Program-made: the position numbers and the translations under genes | The notes under the pieces: model-generated | Seen by the model: only the letters and a program-made list of their open reading frames with translations | Database searches by the model: none | Told to the model about the DNA's origin: nothing | Assembly (NCBI GenBank): GCA_964016885.1 | Contig: OZ024744.1 | Span: forward strand, 26,474,001 to 26,538,000 | Direction of reading: 5' to 3' | Length of the DNA stretch: 64,000 nucleotides | Origin: Eledone cirrhosa | Lineage: Eukaryota | Part shown: positions 11,632 through 23,526 of the stretch, piece after piece | How the letters are laid out: each line of letters opens with the position of its first letter | Numbering within the stretch: the stretch's first letter is position 1

Positions 11632-11848
11632 GAAAATAAATAAATAATATAATAAAATAAATAAATAATATAATAAAATAAATAAATAATATAATAAAAT
11701 AATTAATATAATTTGTTTAATTTGAAAATAAATAAATAAATAGAGAATACTGCATGAGAAAAGTAGGACGAGCTTTATACAACTGGACATCGCAAGCTAC
11801 TACTCCTCAATCTCACCCATAGCACTTAATAAGCCCTTATTTTTAACG

Positions 11849-13693
11849 ATGTCCAATACGGACCTAACCCGAGAGGAGGTGAGCATCATCCACGCAGCAA
11901 GAAAGACCTTAATCCGCTTCGATGGAGACCTTTGGACCAGGAGTGATTGGCCAAATAACTTTGACATCACGATGGGCTCCAGCGACTCAGCGCAGGTAAC
12001 GGATCTGGTTGGGCTCTACCTGCTGAAGCAGATAAAAGATGAAATCCCCTGCCTGGGCGGCGGATTATATCGTGACGATGCTCTATTCACAGTATATGAC
12101 CACAGCACCAATATGTTGGAGGTTATGAGGAGGCGTATTCTCCATTTCTTTAAGAACCAGAGGCTCAGCATAGAAATAGACCCAAATAGGAAGACAGTTA
12201 ACTTCCTAGACACCACCCTAAACCGGAACACCGAGCAATACTATCCCTACCACAAGCCCAACGAGAAACTCGTATATGTTAACGCCAAATCAAACCACCC
12301 TAGATCCATAACCAAGGCAGTGGTGAAGAGTGTCTCGGACAGGATCTCCAGCCTGTCCGCAAGTAAGGAAATATTCAACAACCACGCGGAATATTATAAC
12401 GCAGCTCTAAAGAAGGCGGCACATGGACAAAATATAACATATAGTCCGAAAAGCCGGGAGGTGGATAGCCCAACAGACACCCACAACCGCGTTGCCCGAG
12501 GGGGGAGGGCGAACCCTAACAATACAGGCAGAGCAGAATCAAATAGGCACCATGTACCCGACACCACCACACTGGCGGTGGGGACTAGTGCGCTTGACCA
12601 CGAGATGGAACACAATATGAGTAGCAGTCTCAGGCGTGACGCTAACCACCCCAGGACGGACGACACCAACCGCAGGACACGTTGGGGGGGATGCGGGCGA
12701 CCACCCCACGATGGATCTCCCGGGGCGGACAACGACCACCCCACAAATTCGGGCCGCGAAGCTAACAAAAAGCATAGAGCCCAATGGGGAAGCAACAGTG
12801 CGGAAACCACCAGCAATCCAACAAATCTCCAACAAATCACGAAGCCCCCGACCCACACATATAGGAGGAGACACCGACAAATCACGTGGTACAACCCACC
12901 CTACTCAGCGACCCTAAAGAAAAGCTTGGCCCGATTATTCTTTGGAGCACTTGACAAATGCTTCCCGAGGGACCACAGATACCACAGGATCTTCAACAGA
13001 CACACTGTGAAGCTTTCGTATTCCACCACGAGAAATTTGGCCCGACACATAGCTAGCATCAACAGAAGTAGGCTTAAAAACCACACACAACCAGAAGATG
13101 GCAATACAAACACTCAGCAGAACCATGTGAAAGGAGGGAAGGGGGGACCCAGAGCCCACCCAAGAAACCCAAACAGACCCGAGGACCCCCCACCGAGCCT
13201 GGGGGAAGACCAACATGTAACACATAACGGGAAGCCTAATCTAGGCACGCAGAGGCCGACCACCCTCTGCAACTGCAGAAACCCCGAATCATGCCCCCTT
13301 GGTAATGAATGCCTCAAGAAGAACCTAGTGTACGGTTGTAGGGTTAAAACCCCCAACTCCGAACACCTCTACATAGGTGCCACATCAACGAGCTTTAAGG
13401 ACTGCTGGTACAACCATCGCCATTCATTCAAGAAGGAGGCCAAAAGGAAAAGCACAGCCCTCTCCGACCTGATCTGGAAGCTTAAGCTGGACAGGACCCC
13501 ATACTTTCTGGCCTGGTACATAATCAGGAAAGTACTACCCGATAAAGGGGGATCTTGCATATGCAAACTATGCCTGAACGAGACCCTCGAGATACTAAGA
13601 GGTGAAAGCGGCCTGATAAACCTCAGAACCGACTTCTTCGGGACATGCAGACACCTTAGAGCCGGGACCTTTCTCAAGATATATGGACAGTAG
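11849..13693 (+). CDS. PLE reverse transcriptase (C-terminal part) + linker + GIY-YIG endonuclease
   Basis: FDITMGSSDSAQ, GLYRDDAL, VNFLD, WYNPPY, CNCRNPESCPLGNEC, LVY..YIG, CKLC..E; FIQLDIASYYSSI lies frameshifted just upstream (~11770). Confidence 0.92.
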   Translation: MSNTDLTREEVSIIHAARKTLIRFDGDLWTRSDWPNNFDITMGSSDSAQVTDLVGLYLLKQIKDEIPCLGGGLYRDDALFTVYDHSTNMLEVMRRRILHFFKNQRLSIEIDPNRKTVNFLDTTLNRNTEQYYPYHKPNEKLVYVNAKSNHPRSITKAVVKSVSDRISSLSASKEIFNNHAEYYNAALKKAAHGQNITYSPKSREVDSPTDTHNRVARGGRANPNNTGRAESNRHHVPDTTTLAVGTSALDHEMEHNMSSSLRRDANHPRTDDTNRRTRWGGCGRPPHDGSPGADNDHPTNSGREANKKHRAQWGSNSAETTSNPTNLQQITKPPTHTYRRRHRQITWYNPPYSATLKKSLARLFFGALDKCFPRDHRYHRIFNRHTVKLSYSTTRNLARHIASINRSRLKNHTQPEDGNTNTQQNHVKGGKGGPRAHPRNPNRPEDPPPSLGEDQHVTHNGKPNLGTQRPTTLCNCRNPESCPLGNECLKKNLVYGCRVKTPNSEHLYIGATSTSFKDCWYNHRHSFKKEAKRKSTALSDLIWKLKLDRTPYFLAWYIIRKVLPDKGGSCICKLCLNETLEILRGESGLINLRTDFFGTCRHLRAGTFLKIYGQ

Positions 13694-14892
13694 CAACACA
13701 AGAATATGTGAAATCCCCTCAAGCTATAGGGACTTCTACAGAACATGAAAACACCTCTCGGCCAGACCTCCCTCAAGCTATATGGGCAATAACAACACCC
13801 TAGGTTGTGAACTCCCCTCAAGCCATAGTGAACAACCCAGGCGGAGCAGACACCATGATAGCCTAGAGATAGAATCGGACACAGGCATAATAATTTGGCC
13901 AACATCTATAACAAACACTTTTAATTTACTAGATTTCTGATTTTCAAGTTCCAATCTTAAATCTTGATTTCTCTTTATTAATTTGTTATTTGTTTTCTGC
14001 CCTCTTCTGCCCTCTTCACCTTATATTTATTTTTAAGTTGAGATTGATTATAACACAAACACATTTAGTTTGAATATATCATCTTAACATCTTGTCTCAT
14101 ACCAATCTATCCAACATATTCTGACCTTGAGATTGGTTGTAACGCACACGCACACTTTATCCTACATTATTTCTCACTTCTCCATATTCATTTTCATTAC
14201 TTTTTCACCAATTTTTTATTTATTCTTTATTCTTTATTCTCTATTTATTTATTTATTTTCAAATTATACAAATTATATTAATTATTTTATTATATTATTT
14301 ATTTATTTTCTGTTTTCTTCATTTATTGCCTTATATTTTTTCATATACATGGAAGAACCCCCATCCCACCCGCACCACTACGATGGTGGCAGGAGGGATG
14401 AAGAAAAAACACAAACTGGATACTTCTAAATTGTTAGCAGCAGCAAGATATAAGCTGACCACAACACCAACAACACTACCAAAATAATGGTAGAGGTCAA
14501 ATGTACTGAACAATAGCAGGCAAAAACACTACAGAGACACTCACCCCAGAAAGAATTCTATAGACTTCTGACTGAGGAATGCTCTCAAACTGACCAATGG
14601 GAAGTTTGACAATTTTTTTGTTATTTTGTTCCTTTAACACCTTGTCCCTTCTACCATTTTATCAATTTTTAAGCTAACTCCAACAATAACAACACTTAGA
14701 ATGAGGAATGTTATAATAACTGACCAATGAGAGGAGAAGGGGACCTTTGACACTGAAATTCGTTTGTTTGAATTCATATGACTCCAGTTCCTCAGTGAAT
14801 TAACAACCCAACAAGGAACTGGGCATATCAGAGTATTGACAATATTATCAACCTAAACAACATATCTACTTGTCTATACCATACTAATTCAA

Positions 14893-14947
14893 ACTGTCTG
14901 AAGAGGTCACAGGCAAAGACGGCTGTCACTGAAATATATATAGAAGT
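14893..14947 (+). ncRNA. Hammerhead in the 3' pLTR (stem I partly eroded)
   Basis: ACTGT-CTGAAGA-GGTCACAGGCAAAGACGGCTGTCACT-GAAA-TATATA-TA-GAAGT. Confidence 0.75.
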
Positions 14948-14991
14948 AATAAACGAAGCTAAATTTTAATCATTTGACTTTTATTTAACTT

Positions 14992-15025
<34 letters not shown>

Positions 15026-15157
15026 AGTGTGCTATATGTATACGTATATATGTCCAGTGTGCTATATATATATATATATATATGTCCAGTGTGCTATATA
15101 TATACATATATATGTCCAGTGTGCTATATATATGTATATATATATATGTCCAGTGTG

Positions 15158-15312
<155 letters not shown>

Positions 15313-15319
15313 GTACAAA

Positions 15320-18192
15320 CAAATTTCAAAGCCATCCGTGCTGATCGCGCTGGCAGAAGAAAGGGTGGGACTGCCATTTATGTCCATAATTCTTTCTCAA
15401 CAGAGGCTATGAACATATTTTCTAATGGATACTGCGAAGCAGTCACTGTATTCAGTCAAACCAACAACCTAATAGTAGTTGGGCTCTATAGGCCACCCCA
15501 AACGCCTCTACCATGCTTCAAGGAATGTCTCAACAGCATAAAGTGTTTCATCCAAGAGTGTCACCCTGACAACATCTTAATGATGGGGGACTTCAACCTC
15601 CCCGGAGTTTACTGGTCCACAAACAGCCTGCCACCAGGTTCTTCTGCCTCAACCTCTGACAGGGAAGCAGTGGAATCGCTTCTTGACTTCATGGATGATT
15701 TCTTCCTGTCCCAACTGGTGCTCCAACCAACGAGGTGCCACAAAAACGTCCTAGACTTAATTTTCAGCAATCACACTGACAATATCCACAATATTGCAGT
15801 GGAGAAAACTCTACTCTCTGATCATGACATGGTTCTCTGTGATCTGAGATTCCACCGTCCAATATACAAACCCAATGTCATCTCTCCTGTCCATCCGTTT
15901 GACGCTATGGATTTCCACAATGCAAACTGGGAAGCGATCAGTCATGATCTTGCACATGTCGACTGGTCCTTCACGCACACTCATACACCCACTAACATAA
16001 AAAAGTCCTGGCAGACATTTGTGGACACTGTTACAAACATATGTGCAAAACACCCCCCATTAAGAACTATAAACAAATCTAAGAGCAGAATCCCTAGAAA
16101 TAGAAAAACGCTCATCAGGAAAATTAAGAGAACGAACAAAATAATCAACAAGCTGAAATACCGTCAGCAGCAACACATCAACTTGACTGCCATTTCATCC
16201 CTAGAGATTAAAAAACATAACCTCCAAAACAACATGATGTCTATCATCAACAATCAGAGAAGAGCTGAAGAGACCTAGGCCACTGAGAATATCAAACTCA
16301 ATCCCAAAGTGTTCTTTTCATTTGCAAAAATACACAAAATCAGTGGCTCTACTGTTGGCCCTCTAATTGATGAAAATGGCACTCTTCAAGACAATGCTAA
16401 AACCATGGGTGAGATACTGCAGAAACAATACTGCTCTGTTTTCAGCAATCCTGATATGGCCGATCTGGACTGTATCGGCGATGTTACTCCCCATTACACC
16501 TTATCAGACATAACGTTTGGCGCCCCTGATGTCTTAGCGGCAATAAAGGAAATCAAGCATAATTCAGCAGTAGGTCCCGATAGGTTCTCTGCTTGTGTCT
16601 TGAAGGCGTGTCAACACCAACTTGCATCTCCTCTTGCCAATCTGTGGCGGAACTCACTGGATGCTGGATATGTGCCAGAAAACCTTCTATCCCAGTCTGT
16701 TGTCCCAGTTTTCAAAAAAGGAAACAAATCCCTTGCCGTGAATTACCGTCCAATCTCACTCACCTCTCATATCATTAAGATATTTGAGAGAGTGGTGAGA
16801 TCGCGAATGACCCACTTCCTTGAGAGTAACAATATGCTGAACTCCAACCAGCATGGATTCCGTAATGGAAGGGATTGCCTGACGCAGCTACTGCATCACT
16901 TTGATGACATTTTGAGAGCCTTGGGAGAGGGTTCCAACACTGATGTTATCTACCTTGATTTCAGCAAGGCCTTTGACAGGGTTGATCACAAATTTCTACT
17001 GAGAAAACTGTCCAATATTGGTGTCACTGGAAAGCTGCTGCAGTGGATCAAGAGCTTCCTGTCAAGCAGAACCCAACATGTTGTAGTTGAAGGAGTCAAA
17101 TCCAGCCCAGCCAAAGTCAGTAGTGGGGTCCCACAAGGCACTGTGTTGGGCCCACTTCTCTTCATCATCTATATTAATGACATCACTGACTTCATCAAAC
17201 ACAGCAACATTAAAATTTTCGCTGATGATTCCAAGCTCCAAAAGGTCATCAATGGCGTGGATGACCGGATAAGCCTTCAGTCAGACCTACTGGCTGTTAC
17301 CCAATGGTCGGAAAAGAACAACATGTTACTGAACGAAGACACATTCGAACTGATCCACTTTGGAAAAGAGGATGCTCTGAAACTCCCGTACTCCCTTCCC
17401 TCCGGTGAAACTTTCGTGGCATCTAATAACATCAGAGACTTGGGAGTAACCGTGGACAGCAACATAAGCTGGGCCACGCATATAAGCAGCAAAGTTGACA
17501 TGGCCCGCAGAATGTGTTCCTGGATCCTCAGAACCTTCCAGTCGAGAGATTCCCACACCATTATCCATCTCTTCTCTACTTTTGCCCGACCACACCTTGA
17601 ATACTGTTGTCCACTGTGGTCTCCCCACACTAAACAAAGTATCATGAAACTTGAAGCTCCTCAAAGAGCAATCACTAAAAAGATAGATGGCATGTCAGAC
17701 CTTGACTACTGTGGTCGACTAGAAAAGCTGAAACTTTACTCACTCCAACGTCGCTGTGAGCGTTATATTATCTGCATGATGTGGAAAATGTTTCATCATC
17801 ACTGCCCAAATGATATTGGCATCACCTTCAAAATACACCCAAGGCTTGGGCCCCGTGCTATCCGTCCCAAACAAAAATCTAAATCGCAACTCATAACAAC
17901 AATACGGCACAATTTTTTCACCTCAATCGGCCTTGCTCTCTTCAACATCACACCAGGACACGTCAAAACAGAAACTGACCACACAAAATTCAAGAAGTCT
18001 TTGGACAAATTCCTCCAAGTAATCCCGGACAAACCACCCACACCCGGATATGTCTCCGCAAACAGTAATTCTCTTCTCGAATGGGCCATGGTGCCCAAAT
18101 CCTGAATTGAAAGACTTCGCCAGGTGGTGCTATTAAGTTAGACATGGCCTGGGCCAATACTGGCCAAAACATTTCAAAGTTATTCAAAGTTA
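15320..18192 (+). mobile_element. CR1-group LINE copy 2 (APE + RT), 5'-truncated
   Basis: Highly similar to 3264-5919; one frame with a single TGG->TAG stop at 16276; same tandem 3' tail. Confidence 0.92.
16309..18105 (+). CDS. LINE ORF2 reverse transcriptase domain and C-terminus
   Basis: YRPISLTS, QHGFR, YLDFSKAFD, SGVPQGTVLGP, FADD, RDLGV, RPHLEY. Confidence 0.9.
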   Translation: MFFSFAKIHKISGSTVGPLIDENGTLQDNAKTMGEILQKQYCSVFSNPDMADLDCIGDVTPHYTLSDITFGAPDVLAAIKEIKHNSAVGPDRFSACVLKACQHQLASPLANLWRNSLDAGYVPENLLSQSVVPVFKKGNKSLAVNYRPISLTSHIIKIFERVVRSRMTHFLESNNMLNSNQHGFRNGRDCLTQLLHHFDDILRALGEGSNTDVIYLDFSKAFDRVDHKFLLRKLSNIGVTGKLLQWIKSFLSSRTQHVVVEGVKSSPAKVSSGVPQGTVLGPLLFIIYINDITDFIKHSNIKIFADDSKLQKVINGVDDRISLQSDLLAVTQWSEKNNMLLNEDTFELIHFGKEDALKLPYSLPSGETFVASNNIRDLGVTVDSNISWATHISSKVDMARRMCSWILRTFQSRDSHTIIHLFSTFARPHLEYCCPLWSPHTKQSIMKLEAPQRAITKKIDGMSDLDYCGRLEKLKLYSLQRRCERYIICMMWKMFHHHCPNDIGITFKIHPRLGPRAIRPKQKSKSQLITTIRHNFFTSIGLALFNITPGHVKTETDHTKFKKSLDKFLQVIPDKPPTPGYVSANSNSLLEWAMVPKS

Positions 18193-18194
18193 TA

Positions 18195-18459
18195 CACTGG
18201 ACATATATCTATATATCTCTCTCTCTATATATATAGCACACTGGACATATATATATACATATATATAGCACACTGGACATATATATGTATATATAAAGCA
18301 CACTGGACATATATACATATACATATAGCACACTGGACATATATGTATATTTATATATAATAAAGTTAAATAAAAGTCAAATGATTGAAATTTAGCTTCG
18401 TTTATTACTGCTATACATATTTCAGTGACAGCCACCTTTGGCTGTGACCTCTTCAGACA

Positions 18460-18460
<1 letters not shown>
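18195..18460 (-). repeat. Inverted copy of the pLTR end (HHR at 18407-18460) plus adjoining GTCCAGTGTGC/(TA)n units
   Basis: Reverse complement of ~14893-15160, including matching spacer variants. Confidence 0.8.
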
Positions 18461-18530
<70 letters not shown>

Positions 18531-18573
18531 CATATATATGTCCAGTGTACTATATATATATATATGTCCATTC

Positions 18574-18629
<56 letters not shown>

Positions 18630-18654
18630 AGTGAGCTATATATATATATATATA

Positions 18655-21245
18655 GGAATTACATAGGAAATACAAAAAAACAAATGAGGCATTGATAAAC
18701 ATCAACAACGAGGTATACAATATAGTCAAACACCTAGGAATAGACGAGAGAACGGAGCCACTTAGGCCATGTACCCCCACATTTAACCTCAAGGACCACA
18801 AGGTAAATTTTGATTATAACCCCACAATTAGACTTATATGCTCGTCCAAATCGGACATCGGGAAAATTAGTAAACATATATTAGACAGAGTGATTGCACA
18901 AATGAAGAATAAACTATTCATTAAACTATGGGGTAACGCTACCGAAACAATTAAGTGGTTTAACAATATAGCTAACAAAGAAGTATCTAAATTTATACAA
19001 TTTGACATTAACGATTATTACTCATCTATATCCCCCAACACCTTGGATAAAGCCTTAGCATTCGCCAAAGCCAATTCTGACATAACAGACGACGAGATAA
19101 AAATCATATTAGCTGCTAGGAAAATAATAATTACATTTTAAAACGCCTATTGGGAACGTCTGGATAGATTAAATAACTTTGACATCACGATGGGGGCTAA
19201 CGACTCGGCTCAAGTCACAGATTTAGTAGTTATTTACATAGGCCATAGTTTACAAAGTGAGTTTAGCGACCTTCACGGTGGAATCTACAGAGACGGCGCC
19301 CTTCTCCTAGTTAAGAACCTAAATAACCAGAGCATAGAAAGACTCCGAAAGAATATTAGAAAGACTCTCGGAAAACTAGGCCTTAGCATAACGTATGAGT
19401 ATAGCACTAAAACAGTTAACTTTCTAGACGTGACGCTTAACCTAAATACGGGACTTATAAGACCTTTTCACAAGATTAATGAAAACTTAGCATACATCAA
19501 CTATAACTCAAACCACACACTATCCATAATTAAATCCATTCCACGCAGCATATCACTTAGGATCTCCCGCCTCTCGTCTAACCGACAAATCTTCGAAGAA
19601 CATGCAGAATACTACAATACCGCATTAGACAAGGCAGGCCACTTAGATAGAGTAGAATATATAGATGAAAGCCTCCGTGAAGCGCACACGAATACACATA
19701 ACACAAACTCCGGTAACACACGCACACACGCACTTACGCATAGAACTGCAAAGTATACGGCAAATAGAAATACAACATCGAAATCAAACAAGTCACGCAG
19801 TAGAAAATATATTTGGTATAACCCCATATTTAACACCTCTATTAGTACTAACCTACCCTCTACCGTCTTTAGAATAATAAATAAGCACTTTCCAGATTCA
19901 CATAGATACAGCAAAATCCTTAACACTAAATCTATTAGACTATCTTACTCCACGGCACCAAATATAGAGGCACACATTAAGATGCTTAACGCTAAAAAGA
20001 TACATAACAACACCAAAAAACAAATTTACAACAATAATAATACAATCAACACCGAACACAACAGATATCTAATACACAACCACCCGCTAATAGGCAAACA
20101 AAACGTAACACACTTGTACAGGCATCGCAGCCCACAAATAATGCCAAAGTTGCCCATGACAAGAACTGTAACTGCCACCTACCTGAAACCTGTCCATTAC
20201 ATAATGAATGTATGCAGTCTAACCTGGTTTACCAATGCACAGTGGAATCAGACAACCAGAAATGGTATTACATCGGAGCGACTGGGAATACATTTAAAGC
20301 CCGTTGGTTTACACACCGTTACGCAATGAAACATTCCCAGCACCGTTATGTAACTACCCTTGCAAACAAGACCTGGCAACTGAGGGAAAGTAACCATCAA
20401 TACACCCTGAAGTGGAAAAAATTATCGAACGCGCCCCCATATCGAAGTGGTATGAGAAGCTGCCGATTATGCGACCTTGAGCTGTTCCACATCTTAAGCT
20501 CGAAGAATAAGTTACTCAACAATAAAATCGAAAGATCAATTTATTGTAACCATAGACTCAAAGAGAAGTTTTCGCACTACAAATCGAACCCTTAACCTCT
20601 TACTACCAACTGACAAACTGCATATACTTAGACTTTATACCCTCTTGTTGTATCTAAACCCTTTTAATTACCCACAAAACCAATACATATATCCCCCTCT
20701 TCTCCCTCATTGCTCTTCTATTTCTTCGTTTTCTTCCTTCCCTCCCCTTCTTGGCTATCTTTTCTTCTTTCTCACCCCCTTCTTTGCTTTTATTTTTGTC
20801 ATTATTATCTTTATCTTTATTTTATATATATATATATATATTTACCTCTTTATATCTCCCCCCTCTGTCCCCTCACCTTCTGATTCCTCTCTCTATATAC
20901 TAGTAAATACAATTCCAAATAAATGTTTTTCTCTATATATTAAGAATTATTTCAAGAGTAACTTACTATTTTGAAAATTTGGACTGTGAACAACAATTGA
21001 GTGGCTGCTATTTGCAGTATAGCAATATAAGGTTGCACTTACCAATGAAACGGTCGTAAATACCTGGATAAAATCCTTCTCGTAATGCTTACCTGTGTTT
21101 TCTCTTTTATACTTTATACTCCAAGATTGAACGAAATTCTTACAAACTTGTGGAGTTACCCCTAACCGTACGTTGAAACCTTCCATGAAACTGGCTTTCT
21201 TAACCAAGAACTGGATCACAATATGCAATATTTTGCTTCTCTAAC
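18655..21245 (+). mobile_element. Penelope-like element, decayed (RT + GIY-YIG)
   Basis: LKDHK..F..NPTIRLI, FIQFDINDYYSSI, FDITMG, IYRDG (DD->DG), WYNP, LVYQC..YYIG; stop at 19139 and a frameshift before the Cys linker; (TA)n at both ends. Confidence 0.9.
18692..20595 (+). pseudogene. PLE ORF in three pieces (18692-19141, 19190-20329, 20212-20595)
   Basis: Collinear RT, linker and endonuclease motifs. Confidence 0.88.
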
Positions 21246-22079
21246 TATATATATATATATGTCCAGTGTGCTATATATATTTAAGTATATATGTCCAGTG
21301 TGCTATATATATATGTATATGTCCAGTGTGCTATATGTATATATATGTCTAGTGTGCTATATATATATATAGCACTCTGGACACACACATCCCTACTGAC
21401 CACACACATTCACACACACATCCCTACTGACCATTATCACAACAATGAACCTCTTTACTACACCCACACACATATTTGTCTTAAAAGACTTATTTTTCAG
21501 TGACTTCTCAATCAGGCGAAAAAGGATACTCTTCGACAAACCTACATTTGGCGCTAAATCAATTTTTAACATTCACGTGACCTCTACCGACCAATCAAAA
21601 TTGTTTTGACCACAATAATTTTTGCAACACGAATTGGCGCGAAACTTATTTTAATACCTCTGGAGCCACTTTTTTCACATAAAACAGGTAGAATTTCCAA
21701 AACTAATCAGTTTAGAGCAAACATCACGGGCGCTCTATCTCAAAAATATTTTTGAAAAGCATTAGAAATGCGCAACCGGTAAAAACTTAAAACTAAAACT
21801 GAATACTAACCAATACTTATTACTAATTTTTACTTATTCCTAATTAAACTATTTTTCTCTGGGAACAATTTGTCAGCATTTTCTTTTCCTTTTACATATA
21901 TATATATATGTTTATTATAAACATACAGAATATTTTCGAATATTCTATGTCTATATTCACATATATATCGCTATTTCAGAGCATTTATTCCAATTTCTAA
22001 TTTCTGCCGGACCGGCAACCGCTCTTTCAAACCAGTTCCTGTACACAGCTAAGTATTCTATAAGTCTCTAGCTGTGTCA

Positions 22080-22166
22080 TTCTCGATAAAAGCACTGGAT
22101 ATGTAGTCCTGATGATTTCTAACGAGAATGAAACGCGTAGATTACTTCCCTTGCTTTTATCGAGAA
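22080..22166 (+). ncRNA. Type-I hammerhead ribozyme, copy 1
   Basis: GTAGTC-CTGATGA-T-TTCT(AACG)AGAA-T-GAAA-CGCG-TA-GATTAC; 15-bp outer helix TTCTCGATAAAAGCA/TGCTTTTATCGAGAA. Confidence 0.92.
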
Positions 22167-22389
22167 TCTAATTGTAATACGTGACGTATTCTATTCTATA
22201 GCGATTAGGTCTTCAAAATGTTTATTATAAACATACAGAATATTTTCGAATATTCTATGTCTATATTCACATATATATCGCTATTTCAGAGCATTTATTC
22301 CAATTTCTAATTTCTGCCGGACCGGCAACCGCTCTTTCAAACCAGTTCCTGTACACAGCTAAGTATTCTATAAGTCTCTAGCTGTGTCA

Positions 22390-22476
22390 TTCTCGATAAA
22401 AGCACTGGATATGTAGTCCTGATGATTTCTAACGAGAATGAAACGCGTAGATTACTTCCCTTGCTTTTATCGAGAA
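22390..22476 (+). ncRNA. Type-I hammerhead ribozyme, copy 2
   Basis: Same as copy 1, +310. Confidence 0.92.
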
Positions 22477-22699
22477 TCTAATTGTAATACGTGACGTATT
22501 CTATTCTATAGCGATTAGGTCTTCAAAATGTTTATTATAAACATACAGAATATTTTCGAATATTCTATGTCTATATTCACATATATATCGCTATTTCAGA
22601 GCATTTATTCCAATTTCTAATTTCTGCCGGACCGGCAACCGCTCTTTCAAACCAGTTCCTGTACACAGCTAAGTATTCTATAAGTCTCTAGCTGTGTCA

Positions 22700-22786
22700 T
22701 TCTCGATAAAAGCACTGGATATGTAGTCCTGATGATTTCTAACGAGAATGAAACGCGTAGATTACTTCCCTTGCTTTTATCGAGAA
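22700..22786 (+). ncRNA. Type-I hammerhead ribozyme, copy 3
   Basis: Same as copy 1, +620. Confidence 0.92.
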
Positions 22787-23053
22787 TCTAATTGTAATAC
22801 GTGACGTATTCTATTCTATAGCGATTAGGTCTTCAAAATGTTTATTATAAACATACAGAATATTTTCGAATATTCTATGTCTATATTCATATATATATAT
22901 ATATACATATATATGTCCCGTGTGATATATATATATATATATGTATGCAGTGTGCCATATATATATATATATATATATATTTTCCTGTCTGATATATATA
23001 TATGTACGTATATGTCCAGTGTGTTATATATACATATGTATATGTCCAGTGTG

Positions 23054-23158
<105 letters not shown>

Positions 23159-23281
23159 GGAGGTGAGTTTTATTGTAGTACAATAAAGCAATGCAGATAT
23201 CGGATAAGAAGCACTCTACAGTTTGTAGGACTGGAGTATACATAATATAAGATCAAAAGATGGTTAAAGGAGTTCCATGTA

Positions 23282-23348
23282 TTTTATTATGCGCATTTCA
23301 AAAACAAACATCATCATGCAATAATATTTGTGTTTTCATCAGATAAAA
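23282..23348 (-). ncRNA. Type-I hammerhead ribozyme (left arm)
   Basis: Reverse complement of 23460-23526. Confidence 0.82.
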
Positions 23349-23459
23349 CAGGAGAACATGATATGAAGGCTAAAAACACTTGTGGATAGTGCAGTTGATA
23401 TGTTGATTTAAAACTGCACTATCCACAAGTGTTTTTAGCCTTCATATCATGTTCTCCTG

Positions 23460-23526
23460 TTTTATCTGATGAAAACACAAATATTATTGCATGATGATGT
23501 TTGTTTTTGAAATGCGCATAATAAAA
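23460..23526 (+). ncRNA. Type-I hammerhead ribozyme (right arm)
   Basis: TTTTAT-CTGATGA-AAACACAAATAT...ATGTTTGTTTTT-GAAA-TGCGCA-TA-ATAAAA. Confidence 0.82.

Larger units (their letters stand above)
10638..14995 (+). mobile_element. Penelope-like element (probably Naiad-type), 5'-truncated, with inverted 5' pLTR
   Basis: 10736-11749 (minus the SINE) is the reverse complement of 14235-14995; RT-linker-GIY-YIG ORF in between; HHR in both pLTRs; 3' end in (TA)n. Confidence 0.9.
21908..22890 (+). mobile_element. Tandem array of a 310-bp HHR-containing non-coding unit (non-LTR retrozyme-like), 3 copies + ~52 bp
   Basis: Units start at 21908, 22218, 22528 and 22838; identical by eye; one HHR each; (TA)n at both ends. 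Confidence 0.92.

Noticed and set aside
11849-13693. Selenocysteine recoding as reported for some Naiad PLEs
   Set aside because: Cys motifs are encoded normally; no in-frame TGA at conserved Cys in the readable PLE ORFs; the other breaks checked are TAA or frameshifts
20980-21065. Hammerhead in the 3' UTR of the 18.7-kb PLE (CTGTGA...GAAACGGTCGTA)
   Set aside because: Core is missing a base and no convincing stem I; at most a relic
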